Below, in pieces: positions 51,011-61,204 of a DNA stretch of 64,000 bases (the stretch's first letter is position 1; each line of letters begins with the position of its first letter). The notes beneath the pieces were generated by a model. That model was given only the letters and a program-made list of their open reading frames with translations, did no database searches and was not told the origin of the DNA. Made by a program: the position numbers and the translations under genes. Source of the stretch: a virus (lineage: Duplodnaviria; Caudoviricetes); IMG/VR virus record IMGVR_UViG_3300047400_000090, positions 1 through 64,000 of that record; one strand, written 5' to 3'.

Positions 51011-54000
51011 TTGGCCTTAGACGCCACTAAAAATTTCGCCAAGGCTACTGTCTCTCAGGGATACAGTTCCTCGGCAACGACCATTGTTCTCAAGACTGGC
51101 GATGGGGCCAAGATGCCTACGGCACCGTTCAATGCCGTCTGGTGGAACGATACAACCTACGCCGACCCATCTGATGACCCATATGTTGAAATAGTTAGGG
51201 TTACTGCTGTCTCTGGGGATACTTTAACTATTACCAGAGCGCAGGAAAGTACGGCTGCGGCTGACCATAACATCACTGGACGTGTTTATAAGTTTGTGGC
51301 TGGTGTTACCGCCCTACTGCCCCAGACCATCAACACCTATATCGGTCCTCTACTTACCCCGCAGAACGCCAACACCGTACTAGCTGGACCCACGACTGGC
51401 TCTGCCGCCGTAGCGGCCTTCAGGGCACTGGTTGCCGCAGACATGCCTGCTGGCGTAGTTACTTCGGTAGTCAACGACACTAACGTCACTGGTACAGTTG
51501 TCTCTGGGGTAATGACCCTGGGATGGACTGGGACCCTAGCAGCGGCACGACTTAACTCTAATGTCGTACAGTCGGTAACCAATGACACTAACATCACTGG
51601 ATCGATCTCTGCCCAGGCCCTCACCCTGGGATGGACCGGCACTCTAGCCAAGGCTCGCCAGTACTCGGGGACGGTCTATAACGATCAGGCTAATACCTTT
51701 GGATCCGGCCTAAAGCAGACCTTTACCACTAGCGCCACTACTGCTGGACTCAATCTAGTGGCCGTTACTGCCAATCCTTCCTCCCCTGCCTCGGGGGATA
51801 TTTGGTTTAGGAGCGATACCGGGCAGGTCTACTTCTATGACACCGCCGTCAGGCAACTTGTCAGGACCGATGTAGCCACCCTCTCCAGCCTTGCCTCCAT
51901 TGGGACTATTACTACAGGAATCTGGAATGGCACTGTAGTTGCAGTAACTTACGGTGGAACAGGGGTATCTACCGCCTCAGCTAACGTAGTCTTCTCAGGG
52001 CCTACTACCGGAGCGGCTGCTGCCCCCTCGTTCCGTGCTCTAGTTACGGCTGATATGCCCAGTTCGGTGGCTACCTCGGTGGTCAATGACACGAACGTCA
52101 CTGGTTCGATTGCCTCAAATGTCTTCACTCTTGGCTGGACAGGCACTCTTGCCGTCAATCGTGGTGGAATTGGGACTGGTACGGCTGGGATTGGTGCCTT
52201 TAACAACATAACTGGCTATACCGCCGCAGGGGCAACGGGAACCACCTCTACCAACCTAGTTTTCTCGACTAGCCCAGCACTAACCACCCCCACGGTAACC
52301 ACCTCTGCGATTCTGTCTAATAACAGCCTTGGAGCGGCTACCGCCGATGGTTATGTACTACAGAACACTACGGCGGCGGCGGCAGGGGCGCAGCAATGGT
52401 CTCCAAATCTTCACTTCAAGGGGCAGGGATGGAAGACAAACGCTACTGCAGCCTCGCAAGCTGTTGAATTTAGGGAATATCTAGTCCCGGTTCAGGGTGC
52501 AGCCAATCCCAGTGGAACGTTGTACTGGGATTCTCAGGTTAATAGTGGCGGCTGGGTCAATCAAATGACCCTAACATCTTCCGGGGTACTCAGTGTGCCC
52601 ACTGGTGGATCTTATCAGATTAATGGCGCTAATGTCCTAACGGCAACCACTCTTGGATCTGGAGTGATTAACTCCTCACTGACGTCCCTGGGAACGATTG
52701 CCACAGGTGTCTGGAATGGCACAAAGATTGGCTTGGCCTATGGCGGCACAAACGCAGACCTAAGCGCCACCGGCGGGACGAGTCGAGTCCTGATGCAGAC
52801 CTCCACCGGGGCTAACATCTCTGTGGCTCAATTGGCAGCTTCGGACCTGAGTAACGGAGTAACCGGCTCTGGATTGGTGGTTCTTGGGACTAGTCCGACC
52901 TTAACGACTAGCGGTACGGTTAGCTCGACGTCAATTGGCACTGCCCAGACTGCTGGATGGACCGTACAAAACACCACCGCTGCAGCGGCGGGAGCCCAGC
53001 AGTTCTCTCCCATGGTGGTCTTAACGGGCTATGGCTGGAAGACTAATGCCACAGCGGCGTCTCAGGAAGTTGATTTTGCACTCCAAACCCAACCAGTGCA
53101 GGGAGCAGCCAACCCCACGGGAAATCTGATTCTCTATAATCAGGTCAATGGCGGTGGCTGGAACACGCTACTGACTGTCCCTAGTGGCGGGAACCTTAAC
53201 CTAAACTCAGGATCCTACCAAATCGGCGGGACATCGGTACTTAGTTCATCTACTCTTGGATCTGGAGTAACCGCCTCCTCTTTGACCTCGGTAGGCACTA
53301 TTGCTACCGGAACCTGGAATGGTTCTGTAATTACGGTGGCTTATGGCGGAACTGGGCAGTCTACCTTTACTAAAGGTGACATCCTGGTCGCTACCGGGTC
53401 TACGACTCTTACTAAGCTGGCAGTAGGCACGGATAATTACATCCTAACTGCCGACTCGGCGCAGGCGTCTGGCGTGAAGTGGGCAGCCAATACTGGTGGA
53501 GCGGCTGCTAGTCAGGCTCTTGATAACCTAGTCTCGGTAAACATCAACGCTTCGCTTCTTTTCCAGACCGGACTAGATGTCGGTTCTGCTGCCAAGGCCG
53601 CTAGGAATTTGTACCTTTATGGGGCTGGCACTTATGGGACAACTAGCTTTAAGCTTGATGGTACACCTACCGCCGCAAGAACGTTAACCTTTCAGGATGC
53701 TTCCTACACGGTCATTGGTCGAGATACCACCGATACCCTAACCAATAAGACCTACGATACAGCTGGCACGGGCAATACCTTTAAGATCAATGGAACTACG
53801 ATCTCTGCCGTTACTGGCACGGGGTCGGTGGTCTTGGCTACGTCACCTACTCTGGTTACGCCGGTCTTGGGCACGCCAACCAGCGGCACTCTGACTAATT
53901 GCACTGGGCTGCCTATCTCTACTGGAGTTAGCGGGCTTGGAACTGGTGTCGCAACTTTCCTTGCTACCCCTTCCAGCGCGAATCTAGCATCGGCGTTGAC

Positions 54001-56146
54001 GGACAAGACTGGAACGGGGGTAAGCGTATTCGGGACTGCTCCGACATTGTCGAGCGTCACTTCAGACAGAATTACTCTTACTGGTGCCGTTTCCGCGACG
54101 GCTTGGGGCACTGCGGGTATCCCTCTTAGAGTGGTGGCGTCCACTTACACCGACACGTCAAGCAGTGGAACCGTGGCGACCGCAATGATGAATACTATTG
54201 GTATTCCAACCATAGCGGCGTCCTCTACTGTAACTTTTACCGATGCGGCAACCTTCTATATTGCTGATAAGCCTACGGCTGGATCTAACGTAACACTAAC
54301 CAACTCCTGGGCTGCATATTTTGCTTCTGGTAACAGTTACATGGCTGGCGGCCTTCAAATCGGGTCGGGAAGTTTCCCTGATAAGCTCACAGTCAACGGC
54401 GATCAAGGCCTATATGGAACGTCCGGCACTAGGAAATTTACAATCAAAAACACGGGCAGCGGTACGGGCGATAATGCCCGTTTGATACTCCAGAATGATA
54501 GTGGCGCGAATAACCAAGCGATATGGGCAAACTACTCCTCTGGGTATACCGGGACGGCCTTCGGTATCACGGTAGCAAACTGGGTTCTGCTAGACATTTC
54601 AGGAGGGTCTAATCAAGGATTAATTATCGGCAATGAGTCAAACAAGCCAATCGTCTTTGGCACCAATAACGCCGAGCAAATGCGCCTCATGGCCACCGGG
54701 AATTTGGTATCTGGGTCTACGACAGACGGGAACTACAGGTTGGATGTAGCCAAGAGTGGATCTAGCGGAACTTTCCGTGTTTATGATGCGACCGCCACAA
54801 CAGGAGTAACGCAGTGCATCGTGAAGGCTGGAGCAGGGCAAAGCACAACGTCGATCTTCTCCGTACAAGATAATAGTGCAAACACTTTGTTGTCTGTCGT
54901 ATCCAGTGGAACTAGTTATTACGCCCCATCGAGCAACTCCACCACGGCATGGCAATTCCGAACCGCTGCCGGTGGAAACATCTTCAACGTAGATTCAACT
55001 AACGGAAGAATTGGGATTGGGACAAACGCTCCTGGAGCACTTCTAGACATAAATGCAAACAGTGTTTCACTTAGCCCAGGTGCGCGCCTGTTGAGCGGTA
55101 ACACTGCTAACTATATCGGATTTTCAGTAGGTCGAGCGGCGGAGGAGATTAGTATTGCGGCTGCTGCTGGCGCGGACCAATTCCTAACTGGAACAGTGGC
55201 CGGAAGCGGCGTAGTTGCTTCAAAAAATGACCTGTACCTAGGGACTGGACTGACTGTTGGATCTGTTGTAGGAACGGCCCAAATGAAATTGTCTACTGGT
55301 TCGGGGACATCGTGGATTAGACCCGTAACCAACTCTACTACGGCGTGGCAGTTCCAGAACGCGGCGGGAACCTCCTTTGCAAATTTCGACTCCACGAACG
55401 CTGTTGCGACTTTAGCAAACAACGGCACAGTCGGTGTCGGAATATCCTTCCAGAGAATTTCTTCTCAGTACGGGCAATTGGCATGGAATACATATGGCAG
55501 TTCATATTCAGCAGGGGCCACAGGTTATGGTGCAATTTTTGAGCTTAATGAATCATCCGGAACATTTTCATACTACACAGGTAGCAGCGTTACGGCGGGC
55601 AGCAATCACGTAAATACAAACACCTTCAGCTTAGCTGCTGGATCTGGGACAACTTGGTTTCGGCCAGTAACAGATTCTACTACGGCGTTCCAGTTGAGGA
55701 ATGCAGCAGGAACTGGCATTTTCACTGTCGATACGACTAATAGTCTAATACTGATTGGAGCTACCTCCGCCCTTCATAATACGGTATCCAAGCTAGAGGT
55801 TCGCGGAGGAAGAACCTATATCTCCTCTGGTGGCGATACCTACGCCCTAGGATTATTATATAACGACGCGGCCAATGGGCAATTCTTCCTTGGAGCGTCA
55901 AATAGTGCTACCCCAGACCTAATATTATCAAACAATGCCGGAACAGAGATTGCCCGTTTCGCTAACAGCGGTAACGTGGGAATAGGGGTTTCTTCTTTCG
56001 GTACTTCTGCGGTAGGCGTTATAGGCATTGCTAACGGGACCGCGCCATCTTCTTCTCCGGCCAGCATGGGACAGCTTTATGTCGAATCTGGTGCTCTGAA
56101 GTATAGAGGATCTGGAGGCACGGTAACTACAATTGCAGCAGCCTAA
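51011..56146 (+). CDS. tail fibre / receptor-binding protein, 1711 aa
   Basis: EIVRVTAVSGDTLTITRAQE N-terminal anchor, Thr/Gly/Ser/Ala-rich internal repeats, GNVGIG motifs. Confidence 0.85.
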   Translation: MALDATKNFAKATVSQGYSSSATTIVLKTGDGAKMPTAPFNAVWWNDTTYADPSDDPYVEIVRVTAVSGDTLTITRAQESTAAADHNITGRVYKFVAGVTALLPQTINTYIGPLLTPQNANTVLAGPTTGSAAVAAFRALVAADMPAGVVTSVVNDTNVTGTVVSGVMTLGWTGTLAAARLNSNVVQSVTNDTNITGSISAQALTLGWTGTLAKARQYSGTVYNDQANTFGSGLKQTFTTSATTAGLNLVAVTANPSSPASGDIWFRSDTGQVYFYDTAVRQLVRTDVATLSSLASIGTITTGIWNGTVVAVTYGGTGVSTASANVVFSGPTTGAAAAPSFRALVTADMPSSVATSVVNDTNVTGSIASNVFTLGWTGTLAVNRGGIGTGTAGIGAFNNITGYTAAGATGTTSTNLVFSTSPALTTPTVTTSAILSNNSLGAATADGYVLQNTTAAAAGAQQWSPNLHFKGQGWKTNATAASQAVEFREYLVPVQGAANPSGTLYWDSQVNSGGWVNQMTLTSSGVLSVPTGGSYQINGANVLTATTLGSGVINSSLTSLGTIATGVWNGTKIGLAYGGTNADLSATGGTSRVLMQTSTGANISVAQLAASDLSNGVTGSGLVVLGTSPTLTTSGTVSSTSIGTAQTAGWTVQNTTAAAAGAQQFSPMVVLTGYGWKTNATAASQEVDFALQTQPVQGAANPTGNLILYNQVNGGGWNTLLTVPSGGNLNLNSGSYQIGGTSVLSSSTLGSGVTASSLTSVGTIATGTWNGSVITVAYGGTGQSTFTKGDILVATGSTTLTKLAVGTDNYILTADSAQASGVKWAANTGGAAASQALDNLVSVNINASLLFQTGLDVGSAAKAARNLYLYGAGTYGTTSFKLDGTPTAARTLTFQDASYTVIGRDTTDTLTNKTYDTAGTGNTFKINGTTISAVTGTGSVVLATSPTLVTPVLGTPTSGTLTNCTGLPISTGVSGLGTGVATFLATPSSANLASALTDKTGTGVSVFGTAPTLSSVTSDRITLTGAVSATAWGTAGIPLRVVASTYTDTSSSGTVATAMMNTIGIPTIAASSTVTFTDAATFYIADKPTAGSNVTLTNSWAAYFASGNSYMAGGLQIGSGSFPDKLTVNGDQGLYGTSGTRKFTIKNTGSGTGDNARLILQNDSGANNQAIWANYSSGYTGTAFGITVANWVLLDISGGSNQGLIIGNESNKPIVFGTNNAEQMRLMATGNLVSGSTTDGNYRLDVAKSGSSGTFRVYDATATTGVTQCIVKAGAGQSTTSIFSVQDNSANTLLSVVSSGTSYYAPSSNSTTAWQFRTAAGGNIFNVDSTNGRIGIGTNAPGALLDINANSVSLSPGARLLSGNTANYIGFSVGRAAEEISIAAAAGADQFLTGTVAGSGVVASKNDLYLGTGLTVGSVVGTAQMKLSTGSGTSWIRPVTNSTTAWQFQNAAGTSFANFDSTNAVATLANNGTVGVGISFQRISSQYGQLAWNTYGSSYSAGATGYGAIFELNESSGTFSYYTGSSVTAGSNHVNTNTFSLAAGSGTTWFRPVTDSTTAFQLRNAAGTGIFTVDTTNSLILIGATSALHNTVSKLEVRGGRTYISSGGDTYALGLLYNDAANGQFFLGASNSATPDLILSNNAGTEIARFANSGNVGIGVSSFGTSAVGVIGIANGTAPSSSPASMGQLYVESGALKYRGSGGTVTTIAAA

Positions 56147-56154
56147 GGAATAAA

Positions 56155-56526
56155 ATGGATAACTCTCCAATTACCGCACAAGACGAAAAAGACGTCCTAA
56201 TTTTAACCATCGAAATGCCTTTCCGTGGCATCACTACCACAGTAACGGTCCCCGCCATCCAGGTAGCCATGGGAGAGGTCTTTGTAGCCGACCAAGGAGA
56301 TAAGTATAGCGGTCTTATCGATATGATTATAAAGCACTTAAAAGAAAGCCTTATCAATCCTATCAATAAAACCTATGGCCCAAGGACCCCGCTCTTTGCC
56401 GACGTAGTTGCCGCCTATCAGTTACTTGAAGAGAAGAAGGCAGCCGCCGAAGCCCTTAAGACGAGTCTATTCAAGGTAGAGACGGTAGTTACTCCTCCAG
56501 TCGCGCCAGACGTTCCTCCGCAGTAG
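56155..56526 (+). CDS. hypothetical protein, possible fibre chaperone
   Basis: Directly after tail fibre. Confidence 0.55.
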   Translation: MDNSPITAQDEKDVLILTIEMPFRGITTTVTVPAIQVAMGEVFVADQGDKYSGLIDMIIKHLKESLINPINKTYGPRTPLFADVVAAYQLLEEKKAAAEALKTSLFKVETVVTPPVAPDVPPQ

Positions 56527-56574
56527 ACATTTTCTTTCAGTAGTGCTAGACTGTCATTAGGTTTAATTAACTCA

Positions 56575-56952
56575 ATGACTATTACACTAACAAAGATGGC
56601 GAGAATTGCCATTAGTAAGAACATGATGGCCAAGACCGGCCTTTCTGCTAAGGACATCAAGATGGCTATTGGGATCGATAATAAGATCGCCGTCCCCGAG
56701 GCGGAGATTAAGGAAATGCACGTTGATTCCTGCCCTGTCTGCCAGCAGCCCGTTGGCTTCGACAAGAAGATGGCTATTGCCGGAGAACCCAAGTCGGTTG
56801 ATCTTGAGTCCTCTGAGATCCGCTTCCTTAAGGAACTTCTGGATGAGTTGATTAAGGGTATTACCCCGCAACTCTACAAGGACTGGTACGGAGAAGCCCT
56901 GGCAAAGTTCGAGGAAGCAGTCAAGGCAATCGATTCTCCAACCACGGCCTAA
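56575..56952 (+). CDS. hypothetical protein
   Basis: Operon position; CPVC. Confidence 0.55.
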   Translation: MTITLTKMARIAISKNMMAKTGLSAKDIKMAIGIDNKIAVPEAEIKEMHVDSCPVCQQPVGFDKKMAIAGEPKSVDLESSEIRFLKELLDELIKGITPQLYKDWYGEALAKFEEAVKAIDSPTTA

Positions 56953-56975
56953 ATCACTCCAGCACTGGACTAAAT
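56952..56975. promoter_or_regulatory. dispersed palindrome copy
   Basis: AATCACTCCAG-CA-CTGGACTAAAT, immediately before the dut start codon. Confidence 0.85.
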
Positions 56976-56976
56976 T

Positions 56977-57483
56977 ATGAATGAAACACCGAAACTAATG
57001 GACAGGGCTCCTGGTAAGCCTGTAGTAAAGTTCAAGAAACTTGAACCAACTGCCGTTATCCCAACTTTTGCCAAAGACGGAGACGCGGGACTCGACTTAA
57101 CGGCTACGTGGTTCGAGAAGAAGGATTTTACCATCATTGCCCATACCGGAATCTCAATGGAACTACCTCCCGGCTACGAAGCCCAGGTACGCTGTCGCTC
57201 AGGACTGGCCGTTAAGGGAGTAACAATCGTCAATAGCCCAGGAACTATCGATCAAGGCTACCGTGGCGAGATTATGGTTATCATTGGCTCTGTCTCGGGG
57301 ATTGCTCCATCGATCTATGGTACGCGCTACGAGGCAAATTGTGCATCTACTAGCCTAAGAGCAGGGGACAGAATTGCCCAACTGGTAATCAGTAAGCTGG
57401 ATCCGTTCAAGATCGAAGAAGTTGAGGATCTTGACGAGTCTACTGAGAGAGGTGCTGGCGGAATGGGGTCCACAGGTGCATAA
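56977..57483 (+). CDS. dut: dUTPase
   Basis: AGLDL, RSGLA, GTIDQGYRGEI, RIAQLV, RGAGGMGSTG. Confidence 0.95.
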   Translation: MNETPKLMDRAPGKPVVKFKKLEPTAVIPTFAKDGDAGLDLTATWFEKKDFTIIAHTGISMELPPGYEAQVRCRSGLAVKGVTIVNSPGTIDQGYRGEIMVIIGSVSGIAPSIYGTRYEANCASTSLRAGDRIAQLVISKLDPFKIEEVEDLDESTERGAGGMGSTGA

Positions 57484-57663
57484 GTGCCGATTAGACCAAC
57501 GAAAGAAGACCAGCTTTCAATTAGCATCTCAGAGTCGGTAAGGCTCCTTGATGAAAAGTTCCCGCATCTAAGGGACGTAACTTGGTCCGAGACGGAAGAT
57601 CGCAAGGCTCGGGCCATCAAAAGAAGACTAGAACAGGAAGAAAACAAGAATGAAAACACTTAA
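57484..57663 (+). CDS. 59-aa hypothetical protein (GTG start)
   Basis: Manual translation; fills the dut-ssb gap. Confidence 0.45.
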   Translation: MPIRPTKEDQLSISISESVRLLDEKFPHLRDVTWSETEDRKARAIKRRLEQEENKNENT

Positions 57664-58027
57664 TCAAGTAACGCTGCTTGGCCGCCTAGGCCGTGATGCA
57701 GAAACCTCTTTCACTGCCAATGGGAAATCAGTAACCAAGTTCTCCATTGCCACTGAAAATTCCTACAAGGTGGGAGATGAATGGAAGACCGATACCTCCT
57801 GGAATAACTGCGTAGCCTGGGGTAAAGACAAGGTTGCAACCTATATGACAAAGGGTTCGCAAGTTCTAGTAACCGGGAGACTTAACACTCGATCATACGA
57901 GAAGGATGGAGAAAAGAAGTACGTAACAGAGGTGGTTGTGGATAACATTGTCCTCTGTGGAGGCAAGGGAGGTTCGGATAGCAGCGGTGGCGGTGGAGCT
58001 TTCGATGATGATGGAGCACCGTTCTAA
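57650..58027 (+). CDS. ssb: single-stranded DNA-binding protein
   Basis: NQVTLLGRLGRD, WNNCVAWG, VTGRLNTRSYE, acidic DDDGAPF tail. Confidence 0.95.
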   Translation: MKTLNQVTLLGRLGRDAETSFTANGKSVTKFSIATENSYKVGDEWKTDTSWNNCVAWGKDKVATYMTKGSQVLVTGRLNTRSYEKDGEKKYVTEVVVDNIVLCGGKGGSDSSGGGGAFDDDGAPF

Positions 58028-58233
58028 TGGATTCAACTTTTGCTGCTAATCTGCAGTCCACTGAGCAACTCCTTCCTGCCGGATCCTCTAGGCAGGTCGT
58101 CAGGGCCGAGTTGCGCCGTAGAGCCTTTCGTAATATTACAGAGCGCGTCAATGGCTCAAGGGCCGACCGAAGGGAGTTGGCACGTAGGATTTCGTCTGAC
58201 ATGTACAAGACAGGAGAGCGACTAAGTAAATAA
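58027..58233 (+). CDS. Arg-rich hypothetical protein
   Basis: 1-bp overlap with ssb. Confidence 0.5.
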   Translation: MDSTFAANLQSTEQLLPAGSSRQVVRAELRRRAFRNITERVNGSRADRRELARRISSDMYKTGERLSK

Positions 58234-58255
58234 AATCAACAAAATAATGGATTTA

Positions 58256-58290
58256 GCCCTGCGGAGACGATCCGTAGGGCATTTTTATTT
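58256..58290 (+). terminator. intrinsic terminator
   Basis: GCCCTGCGGA-GACGA-TCCGTAGGGC then T-run. Confidence 0.75.
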
Positions 58291-58306
58291 GCTATTATAT
58301 TGGTTA

Positions 58307-58549
58307 ATGAGCATTAATGAAACAGAATGCCATGCGCCGTTCAGTCTGGATCAAGTACGGTCATTTAACCAGTGCCAGCAGGATGGCCGCATTGTAGGAC
58401 TTCTGTGCCAGAACTGTAAGACTGGTAGAATGTACGCCAGTGAGGATAACCTAAAGTGTCCTGAGTGTTATGATACTGTTAGCAGGTGTCCCGTAGCGAT
58501 GACAAATTGGGCCTGGACTAAATTCAAATATCCGGCAAATAAGGAATAG
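58307..58549 (+). CDS. Zn-ribbon hypothetical protein
   Basis: CQNC...CPEC; start placed after the terminator. Confidence 0.5.
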   Translation: MSINETECHAPFSLDQVRSFNQCQQDGRIVGLLCQNCKTGRMYASEDNLKCPECYDTVSRCPVAMTNWAWTKFKYPANKE

Positions 58550-58861
58550 ATGGAATCATTAAATCTAGTAGTTCTTTCTGGACAAATCGAGTCTTCTGCC
58601 GACATTTTCCTAATGGACGACGGCAAAGAAGCCTGTAATTTCTCCATCAAAACCTTCAAGACGACTGGCCGTGGGCCGGAAAAGACCAGAACCCCACAAC
58701 TTCACACGGTTACCATGATCAATCCTGGAACCATTGGACGTCACCTCCTCAAGGGCAAGGCTGTCGTAATTCAGGGGAGGCTTGAGCCGTGTCCAGGTGG
58801 TCCGTTTGATATGATAGTAGCGACTACTATTCACTTCCCAGTGTCGGAGAAGAGGTCCTAG
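58550..58861 (+). CDS. second SSB-like OB-fold protein without acidic tail
   Basis: NLVVLSGQI, KGKAVVIQGRL. Confidence 0.7.
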   Translation: MESLNLVVLSGQIESSADIFLMDDGKEACNFSIKTFKTTGRGPEKTRTPQLHTVTMINPGTIGRHLLKGKAVVIQGRLEPCPGGPFDMIVATTIHFPVSEKRS

Positions 58862-58862
58862 A

Positions 58863-59309
58863 ATGACAAATCTTTACCTAATCCCCGTTGGCATGGCTAT
58901 CCCGCCGATCTTTTGGGCTGTCTACTGGGCATTTCAGCAGTTCCGGTCTATGACTGCGGCTATTTCGTCCCTAAAAGAGGCTGTAGAGCAACTTTCCGCC
59001 AAGGAAGTGGGGGCTATTGAGGCAAAAGTTGACCTTTCTCCACTGCTGGCTTCGCTCAAGGGCCTGAATCAGTCCATTACTGGACTAAAAGACGTGATGT
59101 TTACACCACCGGAGCCCCATCAAGACCCTCCGATGAGCGAATTACGGCTAAGGGACGACCGTCAGGCTTATGACTTGTTCGATACCTACTACAGGGACCT
59201 ACTGGAGCAGGGAATGGATCCAGAAGAAGCAAAGAACAAGGCAGGGATGTACGCTAATGAGGTGGTTGCCGCCAGCCTGAGTGGTGGTGGCATTGGATTT
59301 TCAGAATAG
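58863..59309 (+). CDS. membrane-anchored coiled-coil protein
   Basis: N-terminal hydrophobic segment. Confidence 0.55.
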   Translation: MTNLYLIPVGMAIPPIFWAVYWAFQQFRSMTAAISSLKEAVEQLSAKEVGAIEAKVDLSPLLASLKGLNQSITGLKDVMFTPPEPHQDPPMSELRLRDDRQAYDLFDTYYRDLLEQGMDPEEAKNKAGMYANEVVAASLSGGGIGFSE

Positions 59310-59321
59310 AAAGAGGAAAGA

Positions 59322-59732
59322 ATGAACAGATTTAGATATTGGCTTTACGAACGACTGATGAAATTGGCCTTCTTGGTCTATCCGGCACAAAAGGAACAGG
59401 AATTGGACCAAGAATCACTGGAATGGCTAAATCTATACACTAATCCGCCAGAAAATGGCTGCGAGTGCGACATCTGCCGCGACCTCAAGGCGAAAGAGGA
59501 ACGATTGAGTTTCGGAAACGTGTCTGAAACCGTCACTGGCCTCACGGGGGAGGAACTTAAGCCCACCTCTATTGGGACTATCGCAGTGGATAACCAATCC
59601 AATTTGTTTGTCGCGCCCAGGTTAGAGCAAGGCACACCCAAGGCCAATAAGGCCAAGGCAACCACCACAAAGAAGAAGGTAGCCAAGAAGACCCCCAAGA
59701 AGTCTCCACTTAGGCCGGTAAGGATTAAGTAG
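59322..59732 (+). CDS. hypothetical protein with Lys/Ala-rich basic tail
   Basis: KANKAKATTTKKKVAKKTPKK. Confidence 0.55.
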   Translation: MNRFRYWLYERLMKLAFLVYPAQKEQELDQESLEWLNLYTNPPENGCECDICRDLKAKEERLSFGNVSETVTGLTGEELKPTSIGTIAVDNQSNLFVAPRLEQGTPKANKAKATTTKKKVAKKTPKKSPLRPVRIK

Positions 59733-59734
59733 CC

Positions 59735-60343
59735 ATGAATAAGAATGCCATTATCAAGGCCCTTAAACGGGCTGCTGAACGAAAGCTGGACATCTCCAGT
59801 ACCGCCGACCTGATTATCGACTATCTGGACCTTCTGTGCGATACCGCTCCATTCCAGGATCAAGAAGTTTCACAGGCAGTAGACACTGGAGCCTTGACCG
59901 AACTACTAGCCCGCAAGGATATCACCAAGAAGACTCCTTCTCCGCCTATTACCAAGCCCCTAGAGCTTGCCACTGAGTTGGGCGAAGAAAGGACACCCTG
60001 GGAGACGGAAGACATGCTAAAGGCTCTCAGCGATGTCTCGTGGACCTTTACGGCCAATCCTCCCGGAACTACTCTGTCCCTGAACTACAGAGGGACGGCG
60101 GTGCCAGATCCAAAGAACATGAAGGGGGTAATGGTCTATTTTAAGTGCCCTGATGTCAAGACCCCGGCAGAGATTCCGGTTTTTTTCCCGTGTTCCGAGG
60201 CAGAACTTGATCCACAGGCCAAGATCAAGGAAGCAAAGGATGTAGTAGAGATGCTTTTCAAGGCTAGAAATACCCCCGTTGTAGCCAATACGCCCAGACC
60301 CACTGGGCCGCCTGCTTTTGGCTTCAGTGAGGGTTTCCTGTAG
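59735..60343 (+). CDS. hypothetical protein
   Basis: Operon position. Confidence 0.6.
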   Translation: MNKNAIIKALKRAAERKLDISSTADLIIDYLDLLCDTAPFQDQEVSQAVDTGALTELLARKDITKKTPSPPITKPLELATELGEERTPWETEDMLKALSDVSWTFTANPPGTTLSLNYRGTAVPDPKNMKGVMVYFKCPDVKTPAEIPVFFPCSEAELDPQAKIKEAKDVVEMLFKARNTPVVANTPRPTGPPAFGFSEGFL

Positions 60344-60405
60344 AAAAAGTATTGTAGCACAAGATTCGAGACTATACTAGAAGTAGGGCACGACCCGGAG
60401 GATTT

Positions 60406-60753
60406 ATGAGCATTAAGGATTTTTTCAGTTTCAAATGGCTGACCTCGTTTGTTGACGGCCCAAAGGCGCAGAAGATCGTGGAAGATATCGAGACGGTTGC
60501 CCATGTTGCCATCCCGGTAATCGAGTACATCGCCAAACTTACTCCCAATAAGGCCGATGACGAAATTGCTGCTGTTCTTAAACAGTACGGAGTAGCAGAG
60601 GCCGAGAAGTTTTTGGCACTACCCGCAGAACACAGAGGAATGGCTCTACTGGCTGCGGCCACTACTGGGGTACAGAAATTGCTGCCGCATATCCCGGTGT
60701 CTTCGATTCAGACCGGTATCCAGATTGCTTTAGCTGGATTCAAGTCCAAGTAG
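60406..60753 (+). CDS. hypothetical protein
   Basis: GGAGG SD; operon position. Confidence 0.6.
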   Translation: MSIKDFFSFKWLTSFVDGPKAQKIVEDIETVAHVAIPVIEYIAKLTPNKADDEIAAVLKQYGVAEAEKFLALPAEHRGMALLAAATTGVQKLLPHIPVSSIQTGIQIALAGFKSK

Positions 60754-60765
60754 GCGGGATGAATA

Positions 60766-61029
60766 GTGCCCATCGGACCGGGAGACATTCAGGCCCTGCT
60801 GAAGCTGGGTGGATTTGGAATCTTGATGCTTTTCCAGTCATTTGCTATCGTGGTTCTATGGAGACTAATTAAGTCTAAAGACCTAGAACTAAAGGATGAA
60901 AGGACAAAGCGAGAAGACTTAATGAAGGAAGCCATCAAATCAGCAATGGGGATGGAAGAAGCCGCCAATAAAATGAGTGAATGCTTGGCGAGACTAGAGG
61001 TGGGGATTGCGCGTGCGAGAATTGATTAG
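60766..61029 (+). CDS. holin-like small membrane protein
   Basis: Single TM GGFGILMLFQSFAIVVLW then charged helix. Confidence 0.45.
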   Translation: MPIGPGDIQALLKLGGFGILMLFQSFAIVVLWRLIKSKDLELKDERTKREDLMKEAIKSAMGMEEAANKMSECLARLEVGIARARID

Positions 61030-61204
61030 CGATATTTTGAAGATAGAAAAACCCCAGGTTACCCAGGTTGTTACCTTGGAAATGGATAAGCGGCAACAAG
61101 AGGCCATTGGGAAACTGCGCCAGAGCAGAGATAAATTCATGTCTCAAGTGTCTCAGGCCGCCAAGATTGTTCCCAGTGGGCTAAATGATGCCAGGGCCGT
61201 CTAA
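61007..61204 (+). CDS. hypothetical protein
   Basis: Operon position. Confidence 0.45.
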   Translation: MRVRELISDILKIEKPQVTQVVTLEMDKRQQEAIGKLRQSRDKFMSQVSQAAKIVPSGLNDARAV

